In this document: positions 42,269 through 52,550 of the stretch, piece by piece
Layout: each line of letters begins with the position of its first letter
Numbering within the stretch: position 1 is the first letter of the stretch
NCBI GenBank assembly: GCA_965248195.1
Contig: CBDFIQ010000001.1
Location: 416,001-480,000, forward strand
Direction of reading: 5' to 3'
DNA length: 64,000 bases
Origin: Longimicrobiales bacterium
GTDB lineage: Bacteria > Gemmatimonadota > Gemmatimonadetes > Longimicrobiales > Gaopeijiaceae
The notes under the pieces: generated by a model
What the model saw: only the letters and a program-made list of their open reading frames with translations
The model's database searches: none
What the model was told of the DNA's origin: nothing
Program-made: the position numbers and the translations under genes

Positions 42269-42642
42269 CGGCTCGCCGGGTTACCAAGGCAAGGTCGGAA
42301 CGCTCGACCGTGTCGTGCGGCTCGTCCGTACCTTCGGCATGGTCAACGCCGTTCCGGACTTCGGGCAGCACCCACAGGTCATCAACGGGTGCAGCGACTT
42401 GTTGGCCGAGGTCTTCGGACCAGACGCGGGCAAGGGTACACGCGCAGCGGTAGGCATGGGGTCGCTACCGTTCGGCATGGCCGTAGAGGTCGAGACGTTC
42501 TGGGAGATTCGGACGTAACGTCGGGCCCGCTACCGCCCTGCGGCGGACGCAGCTCGTGGAGAGGATCGATCTCACGCCGCCCCCGTGGTCACGTAGGTGG
42601 ACACTCGAGGGCAAGACGAGTCCCTATGGCGCTGGAAGCGCC
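42269..42642 (+). repeat. Direct repeat of the ridA 3' end and downstream flank (matches 11616-12073, 84-bp internal deletion)
   Basis: About 218 bp appear identical to 11733-11950; flanks slightly diverged. Confidence 0.92.
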
Positions 42643-43178
42643 TCCGGCCCTCACTCTCCGGCGCCCGACGCGTCCTCGCTTCGCGAGCCCGCTGAATCCG
42701 GTCGGCCCGTCATGGTCAAGCCCTTCCTACCGGTCGGTCGAAAGAAGGAAGGCGATCCCAACGACACCAAGCATGGACGCAACAACGTCTCACACCTGCC
42801 TTCCGACCAGCGCTCGACCCGACGGGTCGACCACGCTAACGTTGGAATACGTTCCGAACGTAAATCCTAGACCCTGTTTCGGTTACGCCAGTAGCGCACT
42901 TGGTGGAGCACTGCCCCAACCAACAGAGCCGACAGCCCCACCCTGGAGTTGACCCCGTTCGGTGGACACCTGACCTCTTTGAGAGAGCGAGTTCCTCGGT
43001 CGACGTCTTCCTCAGCGTCTTAGCTTCTCGCTGGTTCCGCTCTTTTGGTCTTCGGAACCGATTCTTTGAGCGACAGACGAACCGGAGGTGGGTCGACATC
43101 GGGGGGACTCCGTAGTGGCGAGCCGTGACCTAACAAAGTTTATCTTGCGTACAATAAGCGTTTATCTTATGTACTGGC

Positions 43179-43772
43179 ATGGATAATCTTACACCTAATT
43201 GGCTTGAAGAGCTGCTGAATGCCGTAGGTTCACACCTTGAGGCACAGGAATCTGAGGCGGCGATTGTCGTGGTTGGAGGGGCCACATTAAGCGTGCTAGG
43301 CATCGTCGATCGGACTACGAAGGACGTGGACGTGATCGCCCAGGCCAGGCGAGACGACGGAGACAACTGGACGCTGACTCCGCCGATGCCTCTTCCGGAG
43401 GCCCTGCAGAAGGCCGTGGCATTGGTAGGTCGGGACTACGGCCTTGGGGCCGATTGGCTCAACACCGAGGTGGGGGCTCAATGGCAGCATGGGCTCCCCG
43501 ATTCAATCCTTCAGGATACGGAGTGGAGGCGATACGCCGCTCTTTGGGTCGGCTTCGCGGGTCGCCAGACCTTGATCACACTCAAGCTCTTCGCGGCGGT
43601 GGATCGAAGTCCCGAAAGCGTTCACTACCAGGACCTCTTGGCGCTCCAACCCACACCGGGCGAGTTGGCCACTGCCGAGGGGTGGGTGATGGGGCAGGAC
43701 ACGAGCGAACACTTCCCGAAGCTGATTCAGGACGTCATAACCCATGTCCGACGAGATCTTCAAAGAGATTAG
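43179..43772 (+). CDS. DUF6036-like nucleotidyltransferase
   Basis: VVGGATL..DRTTKDVDV; LGADWLN; LKLFAAVDR. Confidence 0.7.
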   Translation: MDNLTPNWLEELLNAVGSHLEAQESEAAIVVVGGATLSVLGIVDRTTKDVDVIAQARRDDGDNWTLTPPMPLPEALQKAVALVGRDYGLGADWLNTEVGAQWQHGLPDSILQDTEWRRYAALWVGFAGRQTLITLKLFAAVDRSPESVHYQDLLALQPTPGELATAEGWVMGQDTSEHFPKLIQDVITHVRRDLQRD

Positions 43773-44709
43773 GAGTGCCGTCGTCCAAGCGGGCCTGAAG
43801 GTCTGCTGGGCGCAGTGGTCGGCCCTTGGATCCTACGCGGTGCCGGTGCGAACGAGGCGCCCTATTTCGATCGTGGATCCCGAGGCTCTTATTCTCCTCA
43901 GTCTCGGCCTCGAAAAGCAAGAGCACCGCCTGGGCGACATGCTTTTCTGGTGGTCCTCCATCGGATCCCGGTTCACCAGCGTTCAGCGTATGCGAACCCT
44001 TGCCAAGGACTTCCCCAAGGAGGTGCAACAGTCCGTCGGGCGGTATGCCTCGCTCGCTGTAGCGGCCGGCGATCGTCGTTGGAGGCGGTTGGCCGCCGAA
44101 GAGGTGCCTCGGCCACGCGATCGTGGGCTGAAAGGGCCGGACGTCCTGAATCTCGCAGAAGCTTCCACGCTCATGTTACGGCTACGAGCAGCCTTTGGCG
44201 TCGGCTCAAAGGCCGATGCGCTCGCGTACCTCCTAGGCATTGGCGGATCCTGGGTCTCGGTATCGGTCATCTCCGAGGCCACCAGCTACAGCGGGACCGC
44301 AATTCGAGCGGCGGCTCGTGATATGGCTCTGGGCCGACTCATTCGCGAAACGGAGGACCGTCCCGCTCTGTATTTTGTGCCTGCGAAGCCATGGGCGGAG
44401 CTTCTCGAGATACGACCCTACAGTTCAGGTCATCGAGACGACCTGGCCATGCCTTCCTGGCGGTTCTGGTCCGATACGTTCGGGTTTCTGCTCAGCGTCG
44501 CTGACTGGGCCGAGCGGGCGATTGAGTCCGAAGGGGCGTTGGAGGTCGTTGCCTCCAGAGCTCGCGACATCGTATTGGATTGCGCCCACACCTTTGATTT
44601 GAATGGTATACAGGTGCCCGACCCAAGACGGTATCGTGGGCCGGAATTCTTGTTCGGGCTCCTGGACACCGTCCGGGTGCTGAGTGCTTGGCTTGAGGAA
44701 GAGGTGTAG
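43744..44709 (+). CDS. Hypothetical protein with probable winged-HTH region; overlaps the NTase gene
   Basis: LRLRAAFGVGSKADALAYLL..SVSVISEATSYSGTAIRAAARDM. Confidence 0.6.
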   Translation: MSDEIFKEIRSAVVQAGLKVCWAQWSALGSYAVPVRTRRPISIVDPEALILLSLGLEKQEHRLGDMLFWWSSIGSRFTSVQRMRTLAKDFPKEVQQSVGRYASLAVAAGDRRWRRLAAEEVPRPRDRGLKGPDVLNLAEASTLMLRLRAAFGVGSKADALAYLLGIGGSWVSVSVISEATSYSGTAIRAAARDMALGRLIRETEDRPALYFVPAKPWAELLEIRPYSSGHRDDLAMPSWRFWSDTFGFLLSVADWAERAIESEGALEVVASRARDIVLDCAHTFDLNGIQVPDPRRYRGPEFLFGLLDTVRVLSAWLEEEV

Positions 44710-44784
44710 GCCGGGCCTAGCTTAGTTGCCCTTCTTGGAGCGTCGACAGAACGGAGTAGGCTCGAGTGCGAGGGTGATGCGCCG

Positions 44785-45370
44785 CTACGCTTGGTCAGTA
44801 AGCTGCCGCGCATCCAGAAAGGCCTTGTAGATGCCGAAGTGTGTCAAATCAGCGGGGACCCCCAAGGCAGCGTGCGTGAGGCGGATCGCCCCTTTCCACT
44901 CCTCCTCAGTAGACGGGCCGTCCATGTCTACGGCGTTCGTGAAGTAGAAAAAAACCAGCCTGCTCTCGATGTCATTCAGCTTTCGGAGGAAGAACTGGAA
45001 CGCCAGCCGATTGGCGTACTGGTAGAATATGCCGTTCCACTGTGCCCGGCTTCGCGGGGCGAGGTATTTCCGCGTCCGCTTGAGCGATCGCTCGATCAAC
45101 TTGAGCGACGCTTCAGAGGCACCAGAGCCGCCGGAAACCGTCTCGGGGATGTGGGCCTTGGCCTCGACCAGGATAGGGCGGTCCTCCCCGGCAACTGCGA
45201 GCCCGTCCCAGACCTGACCGCGACGGGGCCAGAAGTCCCGGAGGGGGACGGTGAGGGACGAAGCGATCCCGAGACGTTTGAGCGCTGACGTGTCTCGGTA
45301 TTCCTTGAACCCGTCCTGGGCGAGCGGTGACGTCCACCGGAGTTTCTCTCGACGACCCACCGCGCCACTT
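44785..45370 (-). pseudogene. PD-(D/E)XK-like nuclease-fold hypothetical, N-terminus lost
   Basis: FWPRRGQVWDGL..ILVEAKAH, YQYANRL; no credible start. Confidence 0.5.
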
Positions 45371-45399
45371 CGGCGAAGCGCGCGTAGCAGCTGCCTCAC

Positions 45400-45639
45400 C
45401 GATTCCACGCGAGCATTCAGCTTGATCCCGTGAAGGCCTCGCTGCAATTCCGGGACGTGATGAACGAAGTTGTGCAGAGCTTCTCGGATGATGTCCACAC
45501 GAAGGTACGAATTACGATTGACCTCAGCGCCGAGAAGTCGGACGGTTTCGACGTGACGATTCAGCGAACGGTCAGTGAAAACTGCCAAACGCTGAAGGTC
45601 AAGGACTGGGGGTTCGAGGGGGAGCGAATGGATGCCTAA
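45400..45639 (+). pseudogene. C-terminal remnant resembling a DUF499 ATPase
   Basis: RFHASIQLDPVK...RTVSENCQTLKVKDWGFE. Confidence 0.55.
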
Positions 45640-45833
45640 GGGACGGGCGTAGCGACCGTGCGGGATCTCGTCCGCATGCCCAGTCGAGCATCGAAGAGCT
45701 GGAGGGGCTCGTTGCGGACGGACTGGAGGCGCTGGAGCAGATCCGCGCGAAGCTTCGGCGTCGGAGAGGCCGGAGAGCGCGGCGGCTCCTACGGGAGCTA
45801 GAGCTTGCCCTTGTCGAAGACCACTCCGTCTAT

Positions 45834-46136
45834 GTGATCGAACTCAGCCCCGCCGTCTGGAAGGAGTCCGAGTTCGCGGAGAGGAACAAGGGGCATCTGG
45901 TGCACCCGGATTACCCATGTCTCTATGTAGAGAAGACAAGCTGCCTGCCGGAGGAAAGGTTTGAGCAGCATATGAGCGGAGTTCATGCTTCGCGAAAGGT
46001 GACCAAATGCGGGGTGCGGCTCCGGCCGGAGTTTTGCGAGTGTCTAAATCCGATGACCAGTGAGGATACGGAGGACGAAGAGCGGGAGCTTGCGGAGGTG
46101 CTCATGCGAGCCGGATATGCAGTCTGGTGGAACTAA
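45834..46136 (+). CDS. GIY-YIG-like small protein, possibly degenerate
   Basis: VYVIEL...CLYVEKT..PEERFEQH; GYAVWWN. Confidence 0.5.
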   Translation: MIELSPAVWKESEFAERNKGHLVHPDYPCLYVEKTSCLPEERFEQHMSGVHASRKVTKCGVRLRPEFCECLNPMTSEDTEDEERELAEVLMRAGYAVWWN

Positions 46137-46192
46137 GTAGCGAGAGGGCAAGCCGCTCCGAGCGCCTCAAGAATCAGTGCAAATGGAGTTTC

Positions 46193-46612
46193 CGCGGCCA
46201 ACGTCGTGAAGCTAGGTCGTGGACCCCCCTAGACAAGAAAAACTCCCACAGGGCGAAAAGCCTTGTGGGAGTTGATCCTTCTCACAGTCGGCACGCCCGG
46301 ATTGAGCTCCGGGCGCCTTCGGCGCCCTCCGCTCGTCTCGCGGAGGACGGGTGGATCTATCGAAGGCTTTGCCGACGCTCGGCTCGAACCTACGGTTCTG
46401 TCGTGCGCCTACGACGGCCGGATTCGAACCGGCGACCCCCTGAACCCCATTACTAACAGCTTATACGCCATATCACGGGGGATCCCTGGTTTTTTGCGGG
46501 TTTCGGAGAAAATTTCCTGGAATCGGAAGCCTGGATTCCAGGGATCCAGGGGGGTTACGTATTGGAGAAGGTATTGGAGGGAGCCGCTTTTTCAGCAGAC
46601 TCGATCAGCTAG
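46193..46612 (-). repeat. attP-like junction 1 containing the tRNA-Pro(GGG) 3' half (46413-46451)
   Basis: Reverse complement ATGGGGTTCAGGGGGTCGCCGGTTCGAATCCGGCCGTC; flanks homologous to 61710-62005. Confidence 0.85.
46234..46273 (-). terminator. Intrinsic terminator downstream of the tRNA fragment
   Basis: AACTCCCACAGGG/CCTTGTGGGAGTT stem with T-run on the minus strand. Confidence 0.7.
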
Positions 46613-46657
46613 TCCATGTTGCACTTCAAAGTTGATATCGGGTAGTGCACCGCGCGG

Positions 46658-47377
46658 TTATCCGGCCCCTGGAAGATGAAAGCCTCGATGGAAGCGGCGC
46701 ACATTTGAGGGGATCGTGAGTCGGTAGACCCAACGGAGCATCCATCCGGGGACACCTCGAGCCCTCTCCTCTCGAGCCACCCGGGCTCTCGGATGATCCA
46801 TGAAGTGGCCGAGTCCGGCCTTTCGATACTTTTGGGGGTCGCTCCAGAATTCGATCGCCTTCAGGTGCTTAGCGTTCTTGTACCCGTAGTGGGCGGGGGC
46901 CACCAAACGCAGAGGGGCTCCATGCGTCACACACAATGGCGATTCAGCGAGGCGACCCGCTAGCAGAACATCCTGGGCTAGCAGGTCGTCCAGAGGCAGC
47001 GCAGTCCGGTACCCGTCGAGACAACGGAAGACAACCGTCCCGATCACAGCACCAGGGCGCAATCGCAATGCGACGAGTTGTTCATAAACATCGGAGAACC
47101 GGAACCCGCTCCACCGGGCGCCAGAGAACGTCCAGGTGGTGACGCAATGGAAGTCGCTCACCTGGTCAGTCCTCGGGAGTGATTGAAGGGCCACGTGATC
47201 CAGCGGCACGGGGACGACCGCATCTCCACCAAGATCCAGAGTCCAAGCCCCCACCACATTTGGCACTCGATTGGCGTACCTTGGGAGCCCAAAGCGAGGG
47301 AAATCCGACCGATGGTGTTGACCCGGAGGAAGCGACGCACCCCCTCCCTTCCGTGCTAGAAGCGTTCCTTCACCCAC
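46658..47377 (-). CDS. Molybdopterin-dependent oxidoreductase (sulfite oxidase/MsrP-like), cassette gene
   Basis: LPPGQ, DFHCVTTW, HGAPLRLVAP..YGYKNAK; preceded by GTTAGAT + RBS. Confidence 0.85.
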   Translation of the reverse strand: MGEGTLLARKGGGASLPPGQHHRSDFPRFGLPRYANRVPNVVGAWTLDLGGDAVVPVPLDHVALQSLPRTDQVSDFHCVTTWTFSGARWSGFRFSDVYEQLVALRLRPGAVIGTVVFRCLDGYRTALPLDDLLAQDVLLAGRLAESPLCVTHGAPLRLVAPAHYGYKNAKHLKAIEFWSDPQKYRKAGLGHFMDHPRARVAREERARGVPGWMLRWVYRLTIPSNVRRFHRGFHLPGAG

Positions 47378-47392
47378 CTCGGTCTCCTCACT

Positions 47393-47515
47393 ATCTAACT
47401 TAGTCTACTGCAAAAACTCATGTCTGATAAAATTTCACCATTTACGACCCTGCGTATGCGGGGTGCCGAAGGCCAAGGCCCGAATGGGCCTCAGCGTAAA
47501 TGGATGTGTTATGAG
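47393..47515 (-). other. attC-like site, disrupted by a short insert
   Basis: CTCATAAC ... CCATTTACG/CGTAAATGG arms ... GTTAGAT directly before the next RBS. Confidence 0.55.
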
Positions 47516-47552
47516 CAGTAGCGGACTGACGCCTGCGCAGTAATACCTAGTC

Positions 47553-48020
47553 CTAGGCTGCAACCGGAAGGGCAATTCGAGCCTCCAAGTAAGCCAAGCC
47601 ACCAACCCACAATCCTTCGAGGAGGAGATGAGAGAGCCCGAAAAAGGAGGCACTTCCGCTCAGCAACCCAACTTGAGTGAAACACTGAACGGCCCAAATG
47701 CTGTTTGCTGCAATCAAGACAATGATGGTCCATCGCGATAACCGAGTCTTCCAGCGGAGGTGCAAAGCTAAGACGCCTGAATAGCAGCCGTAACCGATAT
47801 TGACCAATCCTACAAATAGAGTAAAGCCTCCGGACCAACCATACCAAGCACTGAGAATAGGTGCCGCCAAGATGGTAGTACATCCAGCCACCAAGGCGCC
47901 GAGAGAGTCAACGGAGAGTACTATTTGTGCACGTTTCAAACTGCGAGTCACCTTCTGTAGAGAAGTCGTGGTGCCGCGCAGGGCTCTGCGTCGGGCCTTC
48001 TCGCTATCGGTGATGGGCAT
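47553..48020 (-). CDS. Small membrane hypothetical protein
   Basis: AGGAGG RBS; about four hydrophobic segments. Confidence 0.7.
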   Translation of the reverse strand: MPITDSEKARRRALRGTTTSLQKVTRSLKRAQIVLSVDSLGALVAGCTTILAAPILSAWYGWSGGFTLFVGLVNIGYGCYSGVLALHLRWKTRLSRWTIIVLIAANSIWAVQCFTQVGLLSGSASFFGLSHLLLEGLWVGGLAYLEARIALPVAA

Positions 48021-48145
48021 GGTTCATCCTCCTGGTTGTCGATCTCAGCCGTTCTACGGGCCGGACTCTGTTGAAATTATGGGTTGAACAGCCAGCTGGA
48101 CGGCGGCGACCGCGCCGTCCGCTTCTGTGTTCGCGGTCCACAGCC

Positions 48146-49219
48146 TCATTGAGACGAGTGGCTGTGCCGTTTCGCAAGCCGGGTTCCGAAGGTGCCGATG
48201 CCTAGAAAGATCGCGCCGAGATACGTGACGACCATCAAAGCGTCGGTCGTCCAGAGCGCTTCCGTTTCGAATCCGATCCACCAGAGAATACCACCCACGA
48301 CGGCCCCACCGGCCATGAGCCAATGGAGATGGCGAGAAAGCGCCGACTTTGTGGGTGCGGCGGACGGCATCGCGACGGGCTCGCGCACACGCGTGGCCAG
48401 GATCCAGGCCAGGCCGCGCTTCGTCCCCTCATCGTCGATCGTGAAGCCCGCTTCATCGAGCATCCCGCGCCAGTCGGCCACATCGGCGTTTGTGCCGTGT
48501 AGCGCGAAGAGGGGTCCGAAGGCAATGAAGGTCCAGAGATTTGGAACGGCCAGCCACAAGAGGATTTGCCCATGCTCTTTGAGCACCCGGTTTGCTTCGG
48601 CCAGGGCGACCGGGATATCGGCACGGTCGAGGTGGTCGATCGCCGTGCTGCTGACGACGCCATCGAAGTCGGCGTCCGCACACGGGAGCTGCCGCATATC
48701 GCCCGACTTGATTTCGATGCGGTCGCTCACCCCCGCGGCGATGAAGTTGGCGCGGGTATTCGCCTCACCGTGGGTGGAGGGCGTTTCTGGGTCGTCGGCG
48801 TCCCGACTGCCAGCGATGTAGCCGGCGCTGAAATTGTCCAGGGCGACGACGTTTGAGCGAGGGCATTCTCGCGCGACGATGATCGAGGTGCGCCCGGCGC
48901 CGCAGCCGAGATCGAGGACGCGGGTTTCGCCCTGTGCAAAGAGTTGGGTCGGAAGACTCCCGAGCTGATTCATGTTGACGACGAAGCGCATCACCCAGAA
49001 GCCGGCGGCCGACCACAGCGCGATCCCCACGGCGCTGGCCGTCAGCCAGAGCGGCCCATTCAAAAGTACGGATGCGATTGTGGCGAGGGAGAACGTCGCA
49101 AGCGGGATCAGATGGCCATAGGTCCAGATCCAGTGATAGCCAAAGTCCATTTGTCCGATTGCTGAATCACTCGCTGGAACCGGTGAAGGTCGAAGAGATG
49201 CCTGTTGCATCATCATCAT
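48146..49219 (-). CDS. Membrane-anchored class I SAM-dependent methyltransferase
   Basis: VLDLGCGAG, GDMRQLP..FDGVVS. Confidence 0.85.
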   Translation of the reverse strand: MMMMQQASLRPSPVPASDSAIGQMDFGYHWIWTYGHLIPLATFSLATIASVLLNGPLWLTASAVGIALWSAAGFWVMRFVVNMNQLGSLPTQLFAQGETRVLDLGCGAGRTSIIVARECPRSNVVALDNFSAGYIAGSRDADDPETPSTHGEANTRANFIAAGVSDRIEIKSGDMRQLPCADADFDGVVSSTAIDHLDRADIPVALAEANRVLKEHGQILLWLAVPNLWTFIAFGPLFALHGTNADVADWRGMLDEAGFTIDDEGTKRGLAWILATRVREPVAMPSAAPTKSALSRHLHWLMAGGAVVGGILWWIGFETEALWTTDALMVVTYLGAIFLGIGTFGTRLAKRHSHSSQ

Positions 49220-49314
49220 GATGTCCTCATTTAATTGGTGAGTGGGCGCTTATAAACAAAGTATGGTTGCAACTCCCTTATCAGAATGACTGTTCTGTTC
49301 ATGTCAAAAAAAAA

Positions 49315-49899
49315 TTAGTCGGTCAGTGATGCCATCGTGTTATTGACAAAATTGTCGAGCGTCGTCCGCGGGAACCCTGCCCGTGCCAGGACTGCGAGGC
49401 CGAATAGGGCCCCGGTCAGAAATTCGCCGGCTGACCGGAGGTCGAGATCTTCTTTGACCTCGCCTTTTTCTTTCGCTGACTCGAGCCCAACCGCGAAGGC
49501 TTTGGACATGCGTTTCATAAACCTTTGCAGAACACCCTCGATTTCATGGTCATGAGGGGCCAGCTCCATTGCCGTGTGGCATAGCATACAGCCGCGATTC
49601 TCGCCGGCACTGCACATTGCATCGCTGCGTTCATCGAAAATTGCCCGGATCTGGGCTAGCGAAGCGTCCGGCTCCAGAAGACGCAGGAACGATTGCCTGC
49701 CCATACCGTCGGCATATCGTTCAAGGGCTTGTTCGAAAAGCTCCCGTTTATTACCGAATGTTCCATAGATCCCGTAGCGGCTGACCCCCGTCGCGCGCAC
49801 GATGTCATCCATCGAGGTTTCCGAATACCCTTTGGACGAAAACAAATCAACGGCCCTCGACAGGGCGATTGATGGATCGAATGCTCGGGTCTTAACCAT
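49315..49899 (-). CDS. TetR/AcrR family regulator (NemR/ComR-like)
   Basis: LFSSKGYSETSMDDIVRATGVSRYGIYGTFGNKRELF; RGC. Confidence 0.92.
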   Translation of the reverse strand: MVKTRAFDPSIALSRAVDLFSSKGYSETSMDDIVRATGVSRYGIYGTFGNKRELFEQALERYADGMGRQSFLRLLEPDASLAQIRAIFDERSDAMCSAGENRGCMLCHTAMELAPHDHEIEGVLQRFMKRMSKAFAVGLESAKEKGEVKEDLDLRSAGEFLTGALFGLAVLARAGFPRTTLDNFVNNTMASLTD

Positions 49900-49903
49900 G
49901 CGG

Positions 49904-49934
49904 AACAGAATAGTCGTTCTGTTATGATTGTCAA
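49904..49934 (-). promoter_or_regulatory. tetR promoter with palindromic operator; second copy at about 49280-49299
   Basis: TTGACA-N16-TATTCT then ATG 7 bp later; AACAGAA-N6-TTCTGTT. Confidence 0.7.
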
Positions 49935-50116
49935 GTAGAGGGCATTTCGAGCACCCGAAATATGTTCGGCTCGTGCGTAGCGTCTACATCGTCCTCAAGG
50001 AGCAGGTCGACTTCGATCACACATGCAAGGGCCAACCGCTCTCGAAGCGCAAAGCCTCGAAGTGGCCACGTCAGGCAAGCCCGGACGCCTAACTGACCCG
50101 GACTGTAGCCCGGATC

Positions 50117-51492
50117 GGTCAAGTCCCGATTTGTGTGTAAAAGCGGAGGAAGCTCCTCGCCTTCGGCTAGGCTGCTTGGGCGACCTCCTGTTTCTGGAGG
50201 AGTGAGAGGTCGAGGTAACGCCGGTCGCCCCAGACGTGTGTGGTCCTGAGTGCGACGGCCGTGATGAGCCTGAGGGCGCTGGCCCGGTCCGGGAAGGCGC
50301 CGGCGGCCTTGATCCTGCGTTTGATCTCGCCGTGCAGCCGCTCGAGGCTGTTGGTGGTACGCAGCCGGGGCCAGTGCGCCTCGGGGAACGCGTAGAACTG
50401 CGTCGCTGCCCCGAAGCCCCGCTCCAGGACCTCCACGGCCTCGGGCAGCTCCTTCTTCCAGCGTGCGCCGAACTCGCCCAGGAGCTTCTTCGCCTCGGCG
50501 AGTCCGGATGTCTGGAAGATCACCGAGACCTCACGCGCCACGCGCTTGCGTAAGCGGTGGGGGACCCTCGCCCCCACATTACGCTGCAGATGGACCGTAC
50601 ACCTCTGACGGCGTGCCTCGGGCAGGAAGCGGCGGACCGCAGCTGCCAGGCCTGCGTGCTCATCGGCGATCACGAGCTCGACACCGCCGAGGCCGCGGTC
50701 CTGGAGTTGCTCGAGGAGCTCCGACCAGCTCTGCTGCGACTCCTCAGCGCCCAGCGTGACGGCCAGGAGCCGTCGGTGACCCTCAGGGCCCACTGCATAC
50801 GCCACGAGCGCACTCACGTTCTCGACTTTGCGGGCCCAGCGGGCGTCCAAGAACGTGGCGTCCAGGTACAGATAGGGGTGAGGCCCCTCGATCGGCGCAC
50901 GGCGCAGCCCTTCCACGGCCTCGTCGAGCCGTTTTGCCACACGACTCACCGTCGAGCGCCCAACACGCTCGCCCATCAGCGCCTCGGTGACGTCGCCCAT
51001 CTTGCGCTGTGACACGCCGCTCACATACGCCTCGACCATCATCTCGTCGAGCTCGGGGCTCCTGCGCTGGTAGCGGCCGATCACGTCGGCCGGCGAACCG
51101 TTGTCCCGGCTCCGGGGCATGGCGACCTCGATCTGCCCCAGGCTCGTCAGCAGCCGCCTCAGGTATGTGCCGTTCCTATGGTCCTTCCGGCTTCCCACCC
51201 GCTCGAAGCGGCGTGCACCTACCATGGCCTTCAGCTCCTCTTCCAGCACCATCTCGAGCGTCAGCCGGATCGCGCCTTGAAACAGCTCGCGCAAATCATC
51301 GCGTAGCTCGTCTTGCGTGGCCCGACCGATCTCCACAATCTCTTGCATCGGAAGCTCCTCTCCGGTTCCGAGCCTGCTCTGCAGACCCGGACTCCCGGGT
51401 TCATGTGACAGTGAACAACAACAGAGGAGCTTCCGTTTTTCTTTCCCTCCTGTCCAGCTTATCCGCTTTTACACAAATCTAGGGACACTACC
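50117..51492 (-). mobile_element. IS256 family element, copy 3 (transposase 50167-51348)
   Basis: Identical transposase; TSD CCCGGATC. Confidence 0.95.
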
Positions 51493-51746
51493 CCCGGATC
51501 CTTCGCTTGATTGGGATGCCTGACGTCGGATCTATCTCGTATCTGGGACGGCCCTGAGCCTACTCCTTCCCAGGAGTCAACCCGAAATGGTGTTTGATCG
51601 CCGCTTCAATCGCGGAATCACCTTGATACCTCGGATCCGCCTCGAACGCTCAACAACAAAAGCGACGGGCTCCGCCCGCCGCTCCAGGATTTCTGCGTCC
51701 TCTTGACCCGGTCCTTCTTAATGGTGTTAGACGTCGGACCACCGTG

Positions 51747-52143
51747 TCACTCATCGTCCCCGAGAGCATACGTCGTGATCTCGATCTCGTGGCCGTCGGG
51801 ATCGTAGAAGTAGATGGAGTGCGCAATCCCATGGTCCTGGAACTCGAGCTCCAAGCCTCTCGTGGTCAGCTCACGTTGCACCGGCGCGAAAGTTCTCAGC
51901 GTCCGCGCGGAACGCCAGATGACGCATCGCAAGAACGTCCCCGGCCGGTCGCGGCTTCGGAGCGGAGCCTTGGACTGGGAATAGAGCGATCGCCGTACCA
52001 CCGACCCCGACTATCGCCGGGTAGTCGCCCCATGCCCCCTCATAGAGCCGCTCTAGGCCCAGGACCTCCTGGTACCATTGTGCAGAACTTCGCACGTTCC
52101 GCACGGCCAGCGCGACATGGTCAATTCCTTCCAGCGCTGGCAT
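51747..52143 (-). pseudogene. VOC/glyoxalase protein, frameshifted near 51880
   Basis: IDHVALAV..HLAF in one frame, SIYFYDPDGHEIE in another. Confidence 0.75.
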
Positions 52144-52162
52144 ACGTCAGCTTTCTCCAAGT

Positions 52163-52537
52163 TCAGTCGAGGCGCCACGGGGGATTGAGTCGATTCTCGC
52201 CGGCCCGGTAGATGCAGATCCGATACCCGTCGGGGTCCCTGAGGTACGCCTCTCGCCACAGCCAAGATTGGTCAACGGGCTCGACCTCCAGCTTGATTCC
52301 CGCGGAACGCAACCGCTCTACCTCTTCGTCAACGTCTTCACACTCGAAGTAGATCACCACTCCGTCATTCGATGCCGGAGCACTAACGAGGTGAACGGAG
52401 AAGCTCGGCCCGTCCGGGCGGCACTCGAACCGTGCGTAGTGCGGGGCGTCTACAATCTGCTTGAAACCGAGAAGCTTGTAGAAGGCGACAGCTCTCGGAA
52501 TGTCGGTTACCGAGAGAGTGACCTGGTTGAGCTCCAT
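52163..52537 (-). CDS. VOC/glyoxalase protein, cassette gene
   Basis: MELNQVTL..WREAYLRDPDG; preceded by GTTAGAC + GAGGAG. Confidence 0.88.
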   Translation of the reverse strand: MELNQVTLSVTDIPRAVAFYKLLGFKQIVDAPHYARFECRPDGPSFSVHLVSAPASNDGVVIYFECEDVDEEVERLRSAGIKLEVEPVDQSWLWREAYLRDPDGYRICIYRAGENRLNPPWRLD

Positions 52538-52550
52538 CCCTCTCCTCACT

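Noticed and set aside
42944..42971. Possible IS3-like terminal repeat
   Set aside because: No partner end or recognisable transposase nearby.
43125..43145. CCTAACAAAGTT resembling attI
   Set aside because: Too short, with no intI adjacent.
46617..46651. Palindrome TGCACT...AGTGCA as a dif/Xer site
   Set aside because: Spacing and the XerD arm do not fit the 11-6-11 dif consensus; left unassigned.
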